From Candidatus Nezhaarchaeota archaeon WYZ-LMO8 (GTDB lineage Archaea > Thermoproteota > Methanomethylicia > Nezhaarchaeales > WYZ-LMO8), in assembly GCA_004347965.1 (NCBI GenBank), contig QNVF01000003.1, positions 1 through 49,261 of the forward strand: 49,261 bases of DNA, read 5' to 3'. This document shows positions 47,016 through 49,261 of the stretch, piece after piece (positions within the stretch are counted from its first letter, which is position 1; the number at the start of each line of letters is the position of its first letter). The position numbers were made by a program, and so were the translations under genes. Below the pieces are notes generated by a model. That model did no database searches and was not told the DNA's origin. It saw nothing but the letters and a program-made list of their open reading frames with translations.

Positions 47016-47350
47016 GGCTTCCTTCCTTAATAAGAGAGGTATGGGCAAACCTGTTAAAGAAACCAGCAACTGTAAAGTACCCGTTTGAAAAACTGCCCTT
47101 ATCAAAGACATATCGTGGAAAGCACGAGCTAATGAGAGATAGATGTGTAGGTTGTGGTCTTTGCGCCAAGATATGCCCTGCATTTGCCATAACCATGCGA
47201 TCAGTCTATGGTAAAGTTTCTCCTGAAGTAGACCTGGCTAAGTGCATATTCTGCTATCAATGTGAAGACGTCTGCCCAAGAGGGGCTATCAAGCGTGGTA
47301 AGGAGTATGAGCTTGCATCTTGGAGTAGAAATGAAATGATAGTAAGGTGA
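47012..47350 (+). CDS. mbhN: 2x[4Fe-4S] NuoI / MbhN-like subunit
   Basis: CVGCGLCAKICP and CIFCYQCEDVCP motifs. 4-nt overlap with mbhL. Confidence 0.8.
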   Translation: MRLPSLIREVWANLLKKPATVKYPFEKLPLSKTYRGKHELMRDRCVGCGLCAKICPAFAITMRSVYGKVSPEVDLAKCIFCYQCEDVCPRGAIKRGKEYELASWSRNEMIVR

Positions 47351-47356
47351 TCCTTC

Positions 47357-48418
47357 ATGGAAGCGTTGAGGAAAGCCGAAGAAAACTTTGTAGTCTTGAA
47401 AGCTTTTAATGACCTGGTTCTTGATGTAGTAAGCAAAGACCTGTGCACTAAGTGTGGTATGTGCGTTTCATCATGTCAAGTACATGCCATTTCCATGACT
47501 GATGAGGGGCCAAAAAGTGTTGGTCCATGTAGACAGTGCGAGGCGTGCTACTATGGATGTCCAAGAAGCCCGGCCACGTCTGAAGAGCTCCTTAAAGCCT
47601 CATTGAGCTCTGAAAAGAAGGATGATATTTTAGGAAGCTACAATAAAATTGTTAGTGCAAGAACTGTTCTTAGTGAGGTTAAGTCAGTAGCCCAGGATGG
47701 AGGCGTGGTCACCACCCTCCTCATATATGCTCTTGAAGAGGGTTTAATTGATGGTGGGATAGTTGCATCCAAGAGTACCATAGAAGCCTGGAAGCCCGTA
47801 CCAAAAGTTGCTTTAAGCATAAATGACGTGTTAGAGGCTGCAGGCACCAAGTATTCTAATTGCCCTAGCCTAGTGGCTCTTAAGGATGCTTTATATGGTT
47901 ACGATCTTAGTAAGGTTTGTGTGGTTGGAGTACCTTGCCAAGTTACTGCAGCACGAAATGTTAAGGTTCAGCCAAAAGCTGCAAGAAAAATTGGAGATAA
48001 GATAGCTTTCATAATAGGATTATTCTGCATGGAGTCATTCCCACATGTAAAACTTGCTCAGTTTCTCACATCAAATGGAATAGATATAGCTAAAGTATCG
48101 AAGTTTGACATAAAGGAGGGTAAATTCAGGGTCTACATGGGCGATGCTGAGGTACTAAGTGTCCCAATAAGGAACTTAAAAGATTATGCCAATCGCTTCT
48201 GTGAGACGTGCAGAGACTTAACGTCGTGGTACGCTGATGTATCGGTAGGAGCTATAGGCTCTGGAAGAGATTGGTCAACGGTGATAGTTAGAAGCGATGA
48301 AGGCGCTAAGCTATTTGATGGCGCTGTCCAGAACGGATATCTCGAAGTCAAGGATATTGAAAGTGATGGAATTGAAAGTCTAAGAAAGATAGCTAAAAGA
48401 AAGGCTTCAAAGAATTAA
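47357..48418 (+). CDS. FpoF/FrhB-family protein (N-terminal 2x[4Fe-4S] domain + coenzyme F420 hydrogenase/dehydrogenase beta-subunit-like domain)
   Basis: CTKCGMCVSSCQ and CRQCEACYYGCP form the ferredoxin domain. FrhB/FdhB-like blocks follow: LGSY...SAR....VKSVAQDGGVVTTLLIYALEEGLIDG and VVGVPCQVTAARN (GxPCQ). The ATG lies 6 nt after the mbhN stop, with AAGGTGA as a ribosome-binding site. Confidence 0.75.
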   Translation: MEALRKAEENFVVLKAFNDLVLDVVSKDLCTKCGMCVSSCQVHAISMTDEGPKSVGPCRQCEACYYGCPRSPATSEELLKASLSSEKKDDILGSYNKIVSARTVLSEVKSVAQDGGVVTTLLIYALEEGLIDGGIVASKSTIEAWKPVPKVALSINDVLEAAGTKYSNCPSLVALKDALYGYDLSKVCVVGVPCQVTAARNVKVQPKAARKIGDKIAFIIGLFCMESFPHVKLAQFLTSNGIDIAKVSKFDIKEGKFRVYMGDAEVLSVPIRNLKDYANRFCETCRDLTSWYADVSVGAIGSGRDWSTVIVRSDEGAKLFDGAVQNGYLEVKDIESDGIESLRKIAKRKASKN

Positions 48419-48512
48419 GGAAGCGATTAGACGAAGATTTATTTGCCGTTTGTCCTTGGATATTCATCCTTGTTTGTTCATGTTCTTTCATATCCAGGGG
48501 CTTCCACCTTGT

Positions 48513-48538
48513 CCACGCGGATTTGGATATCCGCGTGG
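48513..48538. repeat. perfect 10-bp stem / 6-nt loop hairpin upstream of the tnpB-like gene (candidate IS200/IS605-type subterminal hairpin)
   Basis: CCACGCGGAT-ttggat-ATCCGCGTGG lies inside a stretch that is visibly GC-richer than the flanking chromosome. Confidence 0.5.
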
Positions 48539-48658
48539 GTTCATGGGTGGCTGTCGAGCCCAACGGCACGGGGCTCACATCTAGCTAGCTAGCCTTGAGC
48601 GGCTTGGAGCATTGCTCCCATCGCCACCCAGGGCTTTGAGGAGGAGGTTGAAGCACGC

Positions 48659-49261
48659 ATGCAAGGTAACAGGAACGTGAGGTTAGATGACTCCAGCAAG
48701 GTGAGGATCAGGTATCCGTACGACAAGTCGTGGCTCAGCTTCAGAGCAAGATTCGGAGAAAATTATGTACCGCTCGTCAAGGAGCTATCAGAGCTTGCTA
48801 AATCGAGGAAGTGTAGCTACGGTGTAAGAATCGTCTTCAGAAATGGTAGAATCTACCTCCACCTATCTGTGCCCGTAGAGCTCTACCTAAAGTACTTCAG
48901 GAAGGGTGAGGCCAAAGGGGACCTGATAGCCGGCTTCGACCTAAACAGCGATAGGATAAACATGGTGATAGTGGATAAGTACGGAAGAGTAGTGGATGTG
49001 AGGACAGCTTGGTTCCCCGAGGTAACATCACCTGTTTACCCGAGAAGCAAAGCTAGGGTCGTTAGGCTTCAAGCTCTAGTAAAGCTACTCAACTACGCAT
49101 ACCACCACGGTGCTAGTGTAGTCGTGTTCGAAGACCTTGACAAGATCAAGCGGAGAAGATTCACCAGTTCACCCACAGCCAACAGGAAGATAGCCAGATT
49201 CGCAAAGAAACAACTACTAACTCACGCAGTAGTCATGAGCCTGAGATACGGGTTAAAACCC
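48659..49261 (+). CDS. tnpB: TnpB / IS605 OrfB-like RuvC-fold protein, 3'-truncated by the window edge
   Basis: This ORF is absent from the supplied track because it has no stop in the window. Frame 2 is open from 48599, and the ATG at 48659 follows GAGGAGGAGG. It has the beta-strand pair VRIVFRNGRIYLHLSVP, RuvC-I IAGFDLNSDRINMVIVD (Asp94), and RuvC-II ASVVVFEDLDKIK (Glu158). The tail NRKIARFAKKQLLTHAVVMSLRYG is typical of TnpB. Confidence 0.65.
   Translation, partial: MQGNRNVRLDDSSKVRIRYPYDKSWLSFRARFGENYVPLVKELSELAKSRKCSYGVRIVFRNGRIYLHLSVPVELYLKYFRKGEAKGDLIAGFDLNSDRINMVIVDKYGRVVDVRTAWFPEVTSPVYPRSKARVVRLQALVKLLNYAYHHGASVVVFEDLDKIKRRRFTSSPTANRKIARFAKKQLLTHAVVMSLRYGLKP

Larger units (their letters stand above)
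48513..49261 (+). mobile_element. left part of a probable tnpB-only (IS1341-like, IS200/IS605 superfamily) insertion element; exact boundary undetermined, right part outside the window
   Basis: The evidence is a compositional jump, a subterminal hairpin, a 12-nt CTAG palindrome, and then a RuvC-type TnpB-like ORF. No tnpA lies between frhB-like and this ORF. Confidence 0.5.

Noticed and set aside
48581-48592. CTAGCTAGCTAG as a cloning-vector or linker artefact
   Set aside because: The flanking sequence continues seamlessly into a natural-looking IS end (hairpin, SD, tnpB-like ORF) and nothing resembles vector backbone. It is retained as a finding rather than dismissed, but contamination cannot be formally excluded without reads.

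Overview
The window is a densely packed archaeal chromosomal segment with hyperthermophile-like protein composition, probably from a TACK/Thermoproteota-like or similar uncultured lineage. That lineage call is inference only. Archaeal hallmarks include Elp3, mre11-rad50-nurA-herA, XPB-Bax1, mevalonate kinase, an AglH-type GlcNAc-1-P transferase and a five-subunit ACDS.

Content from left to right:
- an aminotransferase 3' fragment
- a cluster of a NifB-family radical SAM protein, a transglutaminase-like protein and a ferredoxin/2Fe-2S radical SAM protein
- Elp3
- a ~1.2 kb stretch with no convincing gene
- the DNA-end-resection operon mre11-rad50-nurA-herA, convergent with xpb-bax1
- housekeeping genes: TIM-barrel isomerase, PurM-like protein, Nudix hydrolase, mevalonate kinase, GlcNAc-1-P transferase, PIN-ATPase-KH protein, MBL hydrolase
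- a complete archaeal acetyl-CoA decarbonylase/synthase operon, cdhABCDE-cooC
- tRNA-Val(UAC)
- an MFS transporter
- an AsnC-type regulator with a Cys-rich tail, next to the hybrid-cluster protein gene
- an alpha/beta hydrolase and a ferredoxin-like gene pair
- a 14-gene Mbh/Mrp-type group-4 [NiFe] hydrogenase locus
- the 5' part of a tnpB-like insertion element at the right edge

The most interesting feature is the hydrogenase locus. It is split into two divergent operons, one for the membrane arm and one for the peripheral arm. The peripheral-arm operon ends in a tightly coupled FpoF/FrhB-like flavo-iron-sulfur subunit, which suggests an ion-translocating hydrogenase wired to F420 or a similar two-electron cofactor rather than only to ferredoxin.

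Several genes use TTG or GTG starts (mre11, mvk, cdhD, mbhJ, mbhL). All functional calls rest on motifs read by eye in the supplied translations. No database search was possible.
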